Part shown: positions 16,830 through 25,967 of the stretch, piece by piece
Layout: every line of letters starts with the position of its first letter
Numbering within the stretch: the stretch's first letter is position 1
Assembly (NCBI GenBank): GCA_036374335.1
Contig: DASUUC010000085.1
Coordinates: 1,193 to 65,192 of the forward strand
DNA length: 64,000 bases
Direction: 5' to 3'
Origin: Acidimicrobiia bacterium
Lineage (GTDB): Bacteria > Actinomycetota > Acidimicrobiia > Spongiisociales > ZC4RG35
The notes under the pieces: model-generated
What the model saw: the letters and a program-made list of their open reading frames with translations, nothing else
The model's database searches: none
Told to the model about the DNA's origin: nothing
Program-made: the position numbers and the translations under genes

Positions 16830-17927
16830 CTAAGCCAGCACGACGAGGTCGTCGCGATGGATGACCTCGCCACCAGCAACCGAGGTGTGCTCGCCCCTGA
16901 CCCGAGCTATCTCAGCTGCGGACATGGCAACCAGCCCCTTCGCGATCAAAGCGTCACCGAGTTTGACCTCCACGGCTGCACCACCGGGAAAGACACCCTC
17001 GACTTCGGTGACACCAACGGGTAGCAGTGACTTGCCCGAGTCGGTCAAGGCACGAGCCGCCCCCGGGTCTACCGATATAAACCCCTCTGACGGGGAGCCG
17101 AAGGCAATCCAGAGTTTGCGGGCGGACAGACCAGACTGGCGCGGGTCGACCCATGTGCCGACGTCATCGCCCGCGATCGACCGGGCGACCACTCGTTCGG
17201 CGGAGGCGGAGGCGATCACGGTCGGAATGCCCGAGTAAGCCGCCATGCGGGCGGCGGCCACCTTGGTGGCCACCCCACCTGAGCCAAAGCGGCCACGGCT
17301 CGAGTTCAACCTCAAGTCGTCGAGTATCTCGTCGGTGTGGCGCACCGCAGACAACAGTTCGGCGTTCTCGGTCAACCAGGGATCTCCCGAATAGATCCCA
17401 GTCGTGTCGGTGAGGAGTACGAGCATCCCGGCGCCGACGAGGTGGGACACGATGGCGGCGAGGCGGTCGTTGTCGCCAAACCTAACCTCGTCGACCACGA
17501 CGGTGTCGTTCTCGTTGACGATGGGGACCACGCCCAGGCCAAGCATCCGCTCCAATGCGGCGCGGGCGTGTAGATAGTGATCGCGGCGCGCCACGACTTC
17601 TCTCGTGATCAGCACCTGTCCTACCTGGCGTCCCAAGCTTTCGAACTCTTCGGTGTACATCGTCATGAGACGACTCTGGCCCACCGCGGCCGCTGCCTGA
17701 AGACCCGGGATGTCCACCGGACGGGCAGTCAGCCCCATCACAGGCAGCCCGGCGGCAATCGCCCCGGATGTCACGAGAACGGTGGGATGGCCCGCCGCCC
17801 AGGCGGATTCGACATTGGCGACGACACGGCGGATCGACTGTCTGTCGATTCCCGGACCTGGCCCGGACAGACTCGACGTGCCGATCTTCACCACCACTGG
17901 AGAACTGGGCTTGGCCGGCCTTCTCAT
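16830..17927 (-). CDS. proB: Glutamate 5-kinase with a C-terminal PUA domain
   Basis: 365 aa from ATG 17927 (MRRPAKPSSPVVVKIGTSSL). AAK-family motifs LVTSGAIAAG and NENDTV. PUA-like C-terminus. Confidence 0.85.
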   Translation of the reverse strand: MRRPAKPSSPVVVKIGTSSLSGPGPGIDRQSIRRVVANVESAWAAGHPTVLVTSGAIAAGLPVMGLTARPVDIPGLQAAAAVGQSRLMTMYTEEFESLGRQVGQVLITREVVARRDHYLHARAALERMLGLGVVPIVNENDTVVVDEVRFGDNDRLAAIVSHLVGAGMLVLLTDTTGIYSGDPWLTENAELLSAVRHTDEILDDLRLNSSRGRFGSGGVATKVAAARMAAYSGIPTVIASASAERVVARSIAGDDVGTWVDPRQSGLSARKLWIAFGSPSEGFISVDPGAARALTDSGKSLLPVGVTEVEGVFPGGAAVEVKLGDALIAKGLVAMSAAEIARVRGEHTSVAGGEVIHRDDLVVLA

Positions 17928-17990
17928 CGGACCGGGCACGGTAATCGCATGCCACGGCCATTCCGTGAGGTTTTCGCGCTCCGTCAGGTG

Positions 17991-18037
17991 AATGAAACGC
18001 CGCACCTCCCATATATGGGAGCCACAGCATTAGGAAC
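17991..18037 (-). repeat. Family-1 47-nt structured element, copy 2
   Basis: Minus-strand read: GTTCCTAATGCTGTGGCTCCCATATATGGGAGGTGCGGCGTTTCATT. It starts 5 nt after the TGA (18042-18044) of the permease-amidohydrolase gene. Confidence 0.85.
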
Positions 18038-18041
18038 GCGT

Positions 18042-20510
18042 TCAGATCTTGGGGACCCGGAAGCCGGACTTTTCGATGACGTGGCGGCGGGCATCGTCGG
18101 CCATGCGCATCACCGCGGGCCAGTCGACGTGGAGGAGCGTCCCGCCCCGCTTCATGACGCGGCCGGCGATGATCACGGTGTCGACGTTGCCGGTGTCCAT
18201 CCCGGCGACCACGGCTGTCACGGGATCGTTGAGCGGTGTGACATTGATCCGATCAGTGCGTAACAGGACGATGTCGGCCTGCTTCCCCGGGGTCAGGGTC
18301 CCCACCTTGTGCTCGAGGCCGTTGGCCCGGGCCCCTTCGAGAGTGGCCCAGCGCAGGACATCCCGGGTCGACACCGGTGTCTTCTCCCGAGCAGAAGCCA
18401 GTGACCTCTGCAGGGCGAGGACAGAACGCATCTGATTGAACATGTCGGAGGGGACGTTGGTCTCCACGTCGACACTGAGGCTGGGGGCGAGACCCCGGTC
18501 GAGGAACTTCTGGATCGGCGGCATTCCATGGCCCATCATCATCTCGACCGGTGAGGCGAGAGAGACTGTGCCTCCAGTGTCGACGATCATCTGGATCTCG
18601 GTGTCGTTGAGCGTCGTGCAGTGGATGTACGTCGTGTCCGACCCGAGGAGCCCCACCTCACCGAACTCCTGCACCTTCCCATCCTGGCCGTAGCTGCCCA
18701 CACCGACATGGGTGGTGATGCGGGCGCCGGTCTCCCGGGCCAGCTTCCAGTGATCACGAGACACCTCGAAGTCGGTGAACTCCGGTCCCGGGGCGGCCAA
18801 GGCGAGAGTGAGCATTTGCTCCTTCGTTGCGAAGTGCTCGGTGGCGGCGCGGACGAACCAGCTGGGCTGGCGCTCTTCCCATTTGCCCCACCAGGGGAAG
18901 CCGTATGCGAAGACGGCTCGCAGCCCGGAGTCTTCGAGAGCCTCCACCACCGCGTCGGTGTGGGCCGGCGACCCCTGGATGTGGGACCAGTCGAGCAGGG
19001 TGGTGATCCCGGCATCGATAGCCCCCAGCGCCGATATCAGGTTGCCAACGTAAGCGTCCTCCGGCCGGAAGGCCGGAGCCAACTTGTGCAGCACGAACGA
19101 GATGTAGCTGGTCCGACCCTCCAGAGGCACATCGGTGCCGATGTTGCGGAGCAGACCTTCCCAGATATGACGGTGGGTGTCGACGAACCCGGGGAGGACG
19201 ATCATCCCGGTGGCGTCGATCACTTCAGCGTCGTCCGCAGTGACATTGGGTCCCACCGAAACGATCTTGTCGGCTTCGATGAGCACATCCCCAGGTGTGA
19301 AGTCCCCCACGGCCGGATCGAGACTGATGACGGTGCCACCTTTGAGCAATCGCCGTCCGGGCTGAGGCACACTGAAGTCGACTCCTGACGGGTAGAACTC
19401 GGGGATCGCCGACTTCTCGGCGACGCGACTCCCCTGCACCAAGCGACGCACTCTTCTGAAGTTCCGCTTGACCAGCTCTTTCAGATCCCCCGCCTGGAAC
19501 AGGATGATCCCGAGGAGGACGAGGACGCCAATGATCATCGAGCCATCACTCGGGGTCAGACCAAGGAAGGGGAGCACGGTGATGATGAGAGCCAACAGCA
19601 CCGCGGCCACGCTGCTGCCGATGAACGTAGCCCGGCCCCCGGCGAGGGATGCCCCTCCGAGGACGGCCGCCGTGATGCTGTTCAGGGCGAAGGTGGAGCC
19701 GATCGACGCATTGCCGATCGGGGACCGTGCCACCACCATGAACGAGGCGGCCGCGGCCAGTAGACCGGCGAGCAGCAGGGCCCGAACTCGAACCCAGTTG
19801 GTCCCGATGCCGCCTCGCTTGGCCGACCTCTCATCAAACCCAACTGCCCGCACTGCAAGACCCGAACCAGAGGCGTGCAGCCACAGGTCGAGAAGCCCGG
19901 CACCGACGACGATCACCATGAATGTGAGGGGAATCGGTCCGACCCGGGCAGTCAAGAAAGACACGAGATCGGCGCTGATGGCCCCCTGAGCGGTGGGCCT
20001 CAAAGTCAGTGAGATCCCATCGAGGATGCTCAACGTCGCCAGCGTCGCGATGATCGAGGGGATCTTGACACCACGGATCAATCCCGCATTGACCAACCCG
20101 AGGACCAGGCCCGCGCCGAGGACGGCAGCCACACCGATGAGGATCTGTGAGAGACCGGCCTCGGCCCGGATGAGGAAAGAGGCAGCAACGACACCGAAAC
20201 TGATCATCGCCCCGACGGACAGGTCGAGGTAGCCAACCAGGATGGCGTGTGTCTGAGCAATGGCGGCGACGGCGAGCGGCATCGCCAGAATCAGGATGTT
20301 GAATATGTTCGATTCGTTCAGGAACCCCTCGAAGCGGGTGCTCGTGTACCAGAGGAGGCCTGCGATGAGCAGGATCTGGAGAGCCACCGGCATCCACAGG
20401 CGGAACCTGATCACCTTGCGCCACTTGTTCTTGTCCCGGGCGTTGCGCAGGACCTTTCGGACGAGCTGGCGAGTCGAGTCCACTCGTGTAGTTGTCAGCG
20501 GCTGGGTCAC
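18042..20510 (-). CDS. Fusion protein: CUT2-type ABC transporter permease (N-terminal ~355 aa) plus amidohydrolase (C-terminal ~430 aa)
   Basis: Uninterrupted 822-aa ORF. RbsC-like polytopic membrane region, a basic linker (KRNFRRVRRLVQGSR), then an amidohydrolase region with VLPGFVDTHRHIWEG. That region is clearly paralogous to the free amidohydrolase at 24633-25967. GTGA overlap with the ATPase stop. Confidence 0.8.
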   Translation of the reverse strand: MTQPLTTTRVDSTRQLVRKVLRNARDKNKWRKVIRFRLWMPVALQILLIAGLLWYTSTRFEGFLNESNIFNILILAMPLAVAAIAQTHAILVGYLDLSVGAMISFGVVAASFLIRAEAGLSQILIGVAAVLGAGLVLGLVNAGLIRGVKIPSIIATLATLSILDGISLTLRPTAQGAISADLVSFLTARVGPIPLTFMVIVVGAGLLDLWLHASGSGLAVRAVGFDERSAKRGGIGTNWVRVRALLLAGLLAAAASFMVVARSPIGNASIGSTFALNSITAAVLGGASLAGGRATFIGSSVAAVLLALIITVLPFLGLTPSDGSMIIGVLVLLGIILFQAGDLKELVKRNFRRVRRLVQGSRVAEKSAIPEFYPSGVDFSVPQPGRRLLKGGTVISLDPAVGDFTPGDVLIEADKIVSVGPNVTADDAEVIDATGMIVLPGFVDTHRHIWEGLLRNIGTDVPLEGRTSYISFVLHKLAPAFRPEDAYVGNLISALGAIDAGITTLLDWSHIQGSPAHTDAVVEALEDSGLRAVFAYGFPWWGKWEERQPSWFVRAATEHFATKEQMLTLALAAPGPEFTDFEVSRDHWKLARETGARITTHVGVGSYGQDGKVQEFGEVGLLGSDTTYIHCTTLNDTEIQMIVDTGGTVSLASPVEMMMGHGMPPIQKFLDRGLAPSLSVDVETNVPSDMFNQMRSVLALQRSLASAREKTPVSTRDVLRWATLEGARANGLEHKVGTLTPGKQADIVLLRTDRINVTPLNDPVTAVVAGMDTGNVDTVIIAGRVMKRGGTLLHVDWPAVMRMADDARRHVIEKSGFRVPKI

Positions 20511-22102
20511 GATGCGGACTCCTTGCTCGCTGCCTTGGGCATGGCCACGCCGAGAGGTGATCTGGAGGACTTCGACATGCCCGGCCCTCTGACGATCGCC
20601 TCGACTATGCGGACCTCGTCGAGCTCCTCACCCGGAATCTCTTCCACGATGGTGCCCCGTGACATGACCAGCACCCGATCGCAAAATCCTGAGAGCTCGA
20701 TCGGATCGCTCGACTTGACCAGAATCGCTGCTCCGGCGTCACTACGAATCCGTAACGCCTCATAGATGTCGAAGCGGGAGCCGACGTCGACACCTTGTGT
20801 CGGCTCGTAGGCCAGGATCACCGAAGGCTCCTTGAGAAACGATCGGGCCACGGAGACCTTCTGCTGATTCCCCCCGGAGAGGAATTCCACCGGCTGGTCC
20901 AGGGCCGGGGTGCGGATCTTGAGCTGGCCCACCAGATCTTTGACCGCCCTGCGCTCCGCGCCTCTGCGCAAGAACCCCAGTGTGGAGAATTTCTTGATCG
21001 ATTGGATCGTGGCGTTGACCCGGACACCGAGCACGCCCATCAGGGCTTCGCGTTTCCGATCACCGGGTAACAGCAGGATCCCGGCGTCCACCGCCTCGTG
21101 AGTGGAGATGAGGGTGAGCTCTCTTCCATCACAAACTACGAGGCCGGCACGCGGAGGGAGACGTCCCGAGAGTGTGTCGAAGAGTTGCGGCTGGCCGTTG
21201 CCCTCGGCCCCGGCGATACCGACGATCTCCCCGCTGTGCAGAGTGAAGCTGACTGGCCCGAACGACTGGCCCTGGAGTCCGTCGACCACCAGCGCCTCGC
21301 CCGCCTCTCCCGATTGCGGGCGAGGTGGCGGGAATGCCGCCTCGAAAGGACGGCCCACTATGTGCTCGACGAGTTTCGGCTCTGAGGTCGTCCTGGCGTC
21401 GAATGTCCCCTCGTTGCGTCCATCGCGAAGGACGGTGACCCGGTCGGCGACCTCGAGGACCTCGGGCAAGCGGTGACTGACGTACACCACTCCCACGCCG
21501 CGCCGCTTGCACGCCAGCACCGTGCGGTGCAATGCCTCCACCTCGTCAGGCCCCAGAGCCGTAGTCGGTTCGTCGAGCAGCAAGACCTTGGGGTCGGTTA
21601 CCAGGGCCTTGGCGACCTCGAACAATTGACGCTCGGCCAGGGTGAGAAACCCCGCCGGCACATCGGGAAAGAGCTCGATGTCGAGATCGAACTCGGCGAG
21701 CAAACGCCGGGCCCACCTCTTTCGCTGCCAGTACGGAGGCCTCTCGTCCGGTGGAGCCCCGAGGTAGAGGTTGTTCTTCACCGGCTCCGGCCCCACCGCA
21801 GAGCCATCTTGATAGGCCATCGCCAGGCCCAGCTTTCTGGCAAGGGCCGGCGAGTCCCGTCTCAGGCGTTTGCCCCCGATCCGGATGGTTCCCCGATCGG
21901 GGTCGACGAATCCTGAGGCGATCCCGAGGAGGGTCGACTTGCCCGAGCCGTTCTCGCCGACGAGAGCATGCACTTCGCCGGCGCGACAGTCGAACCGGAC
22001 GTCACTCAGCGCCCGGACGGCCCCGAACTGACGGGACACGCCCGCCAGCTCGAGGACCGTCTCGTTGCCTTTCGACTCTCCTCCGGGATCGCTTGCGATC
22101 AT
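20507..22102 (-). CDS. Sugar-type (CUT2) ABC transporter ATP-binding protein with duplicated NBDs
   Basis: 531 aa. Walker A GENGSGKST, signature LTLAERQ, Walker B LLLDEPT. Second, degenerate NBD (GAEGNGQPQ ... LSGGNQQK ... ILAYEPTQGVD). Confidence 0.9.
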   Translation of the reverse strand: MIASDPGGESKGNETVLELAGVSRQFGAVRALSDVRFDCRAGEVHALVGENGSGKSTLLGIASGFVDPDRGTIRIGGKRLRRDSPALARKLGLAMAYQDGSAVGPEPVKNNLYLGAPPDERPPYWQRKRWARRLLAEFDLDIELFPDVPAGFLTLAERQLFEVAKALVTDPKVLLLDEPTTALGPDEVEALHRTVLACKRRGVGVVYVSHRLPEVLEVADRVTVLRDGRNEGTFDARTTSEPKLVEHIVGRPFEAAFPPPRPQSGEAGEALVVDGLQGQSFGPVSFTLHSGEIVGIAGAEGNGQPQLFDTLSGRLPPRAGLVVCDGRELTLISTHEAVDAGILLLPGDRKREALMGVLGVRVNATIQSIKKFSTLGFLRRGAERRAVKDLVGQLKIRTPALDQPVEFLSGGNQQKVSVARSFLKEPSVILAYEPTQGVDVGSRFDIYEALRIRSDAGAAILVKSSDPIELSGFCDRVLVMSRGTIVEEIPGEELDEVRIVEAIVRGPGMSKSSRSPLGVAMPKAASKESAS

Positions 22103-23499
22103 CAGCCGCCGAACATGAGAGCCAGGACGTCGTCGGGCACCAGTGACGTGCCCGACACGACCGGGTTGGGCCGATCGGGATCACAGTCGTCTGCGGTCAC
22201 CTCACGCATGACGTGAGGGACGGTGACTTCACCCGGCACGTCGGCGCCCTGCAACGCCAGCATCGCGGCAGTGACCCCTACCCGCGACTGGAAGTTGCCT
22301 CCTGCGGAGTAGAAGATCTGGTAGGTCGGCTCATCGCGTTCGACCCAGTCACAGAACAAGCTCTGCTCATCGGTGCGCAGTGCCAGCGTGAGATTCTCCA
22401 CCGGAATGCCCAGCTCTTCGTAGGCCTGGAGCCCGGCGAGGACACCATCGGCATACTCGTAGGCGTAGCCCCGAATGTCTGGTGTGGCCGTCAGCAGCCC
22501 CCGGAAGATGTCCGGGATGATCGGGTTGAACCAGTTGGTGTCACCCGTCGTGCTGTTCTCATCCGCAGGTGGGTTCACCACGCTGAGACTGTCACCGAGG
22601 GAATCGATGGTGCATCGCTGCCAACCGAGCGACAGGGCGTTGCCCGGTGTTCCACCGAGGAGAGCCACGTTGCCACTGTCGATGTTGGTGTTCAGGGTCT
22701 CGGCGAAGCTATTGCCCAGCTCGCAGAGGTCCTCGCCAACAACGGCCGTGTAGTCCTCACCGGGGGTCAGGGCCCCTTCCTGTCCGGGTAGCCCGACATA
22801 GCCCGCGGAGAACGGAACGTACGGGATACCCGCCGCCTCCGCCTCCTGGACCACCGGAGCGAGTAGCGCACCCATGTCGGGGTATCCAACGATGAAGTCG
22901 ACGTTGCTCTGGATCAGGAACCTCAGGTCGTTCTCGTGAACTGCCGGGTCTTGATCGAAGTTGGCCGCCGTCGAGATGATCGTGCCGATCTCTGGATAGG
23001 TGAGCGCCTGGAGAACGGCCTCCATGTGGCTCACGGCCCGCCAGACGTTGACATCGTTCCCACCACCGTCGGCGTAGCCCATCACCAGCTCGCCACCGCT
23101 GCCAGTCTCGCATTGCTGCTCCCGCCAGCACTCCATGGCCTTGTCGATGGTTGCCTGATCGAGCTCCTGATTGGCCCGGGCCACCGACGCCAGGATGACG
23201 TTCCAACTGGCCTCATCCGAGGGATCGACCGGCCCCAGGGCTTTCTCGATCAGCGCCGGGTCGGCCGCACTTGGATCCTCCCCGAACTCGGCAAGAGGGT
23301 TGTCCGTCTCGCCCTCGGCTGTGGTCGAGGTGACCATGGCCTCTGTGGTTGTCACCTCATCCGGCGCCTCGGTCGTCGTCGGCTCCTCGGATTCGACGGT
23401 TGTCGTGGTGTCTCCGGTGTCCCCGGCGTCCTCGCCGGCACATGCCGCGACCAATAGGGCCAGCACCGTGATGAGGCCGATCATCTTTGTTCGTTTCAT
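22102..23499 (-). CDS. ABC transporter substrate-binding lipoprotein (type I periplasmic-binding fold) with a Thr/Glu-rich linker
   Basis: 465 aa from ATG 23499, preceded by GGAGGAGGAA. Lipobox LLVAACAG. Low-complexity TTTTVESEEPTTTEAPDEVTTTE linker. Sits within the ABC operon. Confidence 0.8.
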   Translation of the reverse strand: MKRTKMIGLITVLALLVAACAGEDAGDTGDTTTTVESEEPTTTEAPDEVTTTEAMVTSTTAEGETDNPLAEFGEDPSAADPALIEKALGPVDPSDEASWNVILASVARANQELDQATIDKAMECWREQQCETGSGGELVMGYADGGGNDVNVWRAVSHMEAVLQALTYPEIGTIISTAANFDQDPAVHENDLRFLIQSNVDFIVGYPDMGALLAPVVQEAEAAGIPYVPFSAGYVGLPGQEGALTPGEDYTAVVGEDLCELGNSFAETLNTNIDSGNVALLGGTPGNALSLGWQRCTIDSLGDSLSVVNPPADENSTTGDTNWFNPIIPDIFRGLLTATPDIRGYAYEYADGVLAGLQAYEELGIPVENLTLALRTDEQSLFCDWVERDEPTYQIFYSAGGNFQSRVGVTAAMLALQGADVPGEVTVPHVMREVTADDCDPDRPNPVVSGTSLVPDDVLALMFGG

Positions 23500-23586
23500 T
23501 TCCTCCTCCATATGGGCTTGTCTGCCCTCGTTTCATTTCTCATTTCATCGTCGATTCGCGTCTCTAGTGGCACTCAATCTCCTTTC

Positions 23587-24636
23587 TCAACCTGGTTCGG
23601 CAAATGAGTTTTCGGTTTCTCGTCTTTCCCGCCGACCCGGTCTTCGCCGTTCGCGGAGCACCCGCTCCACGACTTTGATGATCCGATCGCCGGAAACCAG
23701 CATCCCTCCGATGATGACGAGGCCGAACACCACGAACTGGAGCGCGGTAGACAGCCCCAGGGTGAGGAGCATCTGATTGAGACCGGTGAGGAAGATCGCC
23801 CCCACAAACGTGGAGAAGGCGCTGGCCAGACCGCCGGTCAGGGATGCTCCACCGATGACAACAGCCGCGATCGGTCCCAGGAGGTATTGGGTCTGGGCGG
23901 CGACCCCGGGAGTGCGGAGCAGCCCGGCCAAAGCCACTCCGGCGAATGCGTAGAAGACGGCGGCCACCACATAGACCAGGATCTGGTTGAGGTTGACCCT
24001 GATGCCGACCACGTGGGAGGCGACCGGGTTGGCGCCCACCACCTGGAATCTCCGGCCCACCGAGGTGTACCTGAACCCGAGGATGAGGGCGATGGTGAGG
24101 AGTAGGCCTAGCCAGAAGACCGGGCTCATCCCGAATATGCGGGTGAATGTCCATTGCGACCATCCCGTCGGCACCTGGCTCTGAACCGGGAAGGTTCGCC
24201 CGTAGCGGTTGACCACCCCGATCACGACCTGACCGACGGCGAGGGTGACGATGAGGGCATTCAGCTTGAGCCCTCCGATCAGGATGCCGTTGACCAGCCC
24301 GATGAGTGCTCCGACACCGAGTGCGGTGACGATGGCAAGACCGATTCGGTTGTCTGATCCCTGTCCGATCCCGACCATGATCGCCGCCGCCAATGTGACG
24401 GTTCCGGGCGTGCTCAGGTCGATCCCGCCGGTCATGATCACCAGCATCTGGCCCAGCGCGGTGATCCCCAGCAGGGCGCCATAAGGGGCTATTGCCCGCA
24501 GCGCGACACTGCTGAGGGTGTTGGGCGCCCATACGGCGGCGACGATGACGAGCAGGATGATCGCCAGATACACCGGCATGTACCGGGAGGCGACGACGAA
24601 GGAGGTCAACGCAGAAGAGGGGGTGCGCGTGGTCAC
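23587..24636 (-). CDS. CUT2-type ABC transporter permease (RbsC-like)
   Basis: 349 aa polytopic membrane protein, paralogous to the N-terminal half of 18042-20510. GTG start overlaps the amidohydrolase stop. Confidence 0.85.
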   Translation of the reverse strand: MTTRTPSSALTSFVVASRYMPVYLAIILLVIVAAVWAPNTLSSVALRAIAPYGALLGITALGQMLVIMTGGIDLSTPGTVTLAAAIMVGIGQGSDNRIGLAIVTALGVGALIGLVNGILIGGLKLNALIVTLAVGQVVIGVVNRYGRTFPVQSQVPTGWSQWTFTRIFGMSPVFWLGLLLTIALILGFRYTSVGRRFQVVGANPVASHVVGIRVNLNQILVYVVAAVFYAFAGVALAGLLRTPGVAAQTQYLLGPIAAVVIGGASLTGGLASAFSTFVGAIFLTGLNQMLLTLGLSTALQFVVFGLVIIGGMLVSGDRIIKVVERVLRERRRPGRRERRETENSFAEPG

Positions 24637-25967
24637 ATTGCTCCCCCGCTGGCGGCCATCAGCCCCGACGCTGCGCCAACGCGGCTGCGCGCCCGCGCCG
24701 CCAGGTCGCGAGCCCTGGCAATGTCCGCGGTGAGCTCACCATTGCGCACCAGCGCACGGCCCCCGGAGAACACCCAGTCGACGTTGGAGGTGTCCATGCC
24801 CCACACCACCGCGCCAATCGGGTCGTTGATCGGCCAAATGTTGGGCCGGTCGGTGCGGAGCACCACGATGTCCGCCTCCTTGCCCGGCTCGAGCGATCCG
24901 GTTATGTCTCCGAGACCGGCCACCCGGGCCCCGTCGACGGTGGCGAAGCGGATCACCTCACGTGTGGTCAACAGGTTGGGCAGCCCGCCCTTGCCGGCGA
25001 GCTTGAGATCGAAATGAGTGGCGTGCTGCACCGAGTTGGCGGCCCGCATCTGGGCGAAGATGTCCCCCGGTGTGACCCGCTCGCTTCCAACTCCGAGACC
25101 GGGCCGGATCCCCCGATCGATCAGCTGCTGAATCGGTGGCATGCCCAGGCCGTCGGCCATCTCGCTGGAAGGGGCGAGAGAAACGGGTGTCTTGTGGGCG
25201 GCGATGGCATCGAGGTCGGCGTCGTCGAGGTGAGAGCAATGGATCAGCGTGACGTCCCCGCCAAGTAGCCCGCGCTGCGCGAGGTCGGAGACGATGCCTC
25301 GGTCGGCGGGCTGTGAGCCGACGTGGGCATGGATCCTGAGCCCGAGCTCTCGGGCGATAGCCCATTCTCTGCTCACCCGGTCGAGGTCGAGTCGGCTCGG
25401 ATCGCGGGGGCCGAATGCTATCGATGTGGCTGAATCGGCGGAATCGACACGCTCCCGGGCGAGTCGTCTCAGCCCACCGGTCTCCTCCTGCTGCCTACCG
25501 TCCCATCCTGGCAAGGCATGCACGAACACGGTTCGCAGCCCGGAGTCGTGGTGTGCCTCGAGGGCGGCGTCGACATGGCCGGGCTGCGGGGGGATGTCGG
25601 ACCAGTCGACCACCGTGGTGATGCCGGCTTCGGCGGCACCGAGCAGCCCAATGAGGGTGGCGGCGTAGACGTCCTCGGGCTCGTGATGAGGCCCGTAGAT
25701 GGTGGCAGACACCGGGATGCCGTTGCTCGACCCGGTCTCTCCCAGGTTGCGAAAGAGCGACTTCCAGGCATGACGGTGGGTGTCGACGAAACCGGGCATC
25801 ACGATGGTGTTGGTGGCGTCGATCACCTCGGCATCACGAGATCGCAAACCCGTCCCGATCTCGGCGACCTTGCCGTTCTCCACCAGAACGTCGGCCTGGG
25901 GATGGTTGGCTGTCTTGGCCCCGAGGGTGAGTACACAGCCTCCCCTGATCAGGACTTTTTCCTTCAA
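24633..25967 (-). CDS. Amidohydrolase family protein (HxH metal-binding; deaminase/chlorohydrolase-like subgroup)
   Basis: 444 aa. VMPGFVDTHRHAWKS, HAHVG, IHCSHL, GVGSERV motifs. Paralogue of the fused amidohydrolase domain. Confidence 0.85.
   Translation of the reverse strand: MKEKVLIRGGCVLTLGAKTANHPQADVLVENGKVAEIGTGLRSRDAEVIDATNTIVMPGFVDTHRHAWKSLFRNLGETGSSNGIPVSATIYGPHHEPEDVYAATLIGLLGAAEAGITTVVDWSDIPPQPGHVDAALEAHHDSGLRTVFVHALPGWDGRQQEETGGLRRLARERVDSADSATSIAFGPRDPSRLDLDRVSREWAIARELGLRIHAHVGSQPADRGIVSDLAQRGLLGGDVTLIHCSHLDDADLDAIAAHKTPVSLAPSSEMADGLGMPPIQQLIDRGIRPGLGVGSERVTPGDIFAQMRAANSVQHATHFDLKLAGKGGLPNLLTTREVIRFATVDGARVAGLGDITGSLEPGKEADIVVLRTDRPNIWPINDPIGAVVWGMDTSNVDWVFSGGRALVRNGELTADIARARDLAARARSRVGAASGLMAASGGAM

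Noticed and set aside
23500-23560. Partial resemblance to the family-1 repeat (CTCCTCCATATGGG...CGTTTCAT) upstream of the binding-protein gene.
   Set aside because: Only the short CCATATGGG and CGTTTCA strings match. The region is explained by the GGAGGAGG SD and start codons of the binding-protein gene. There is no extended palindrome.
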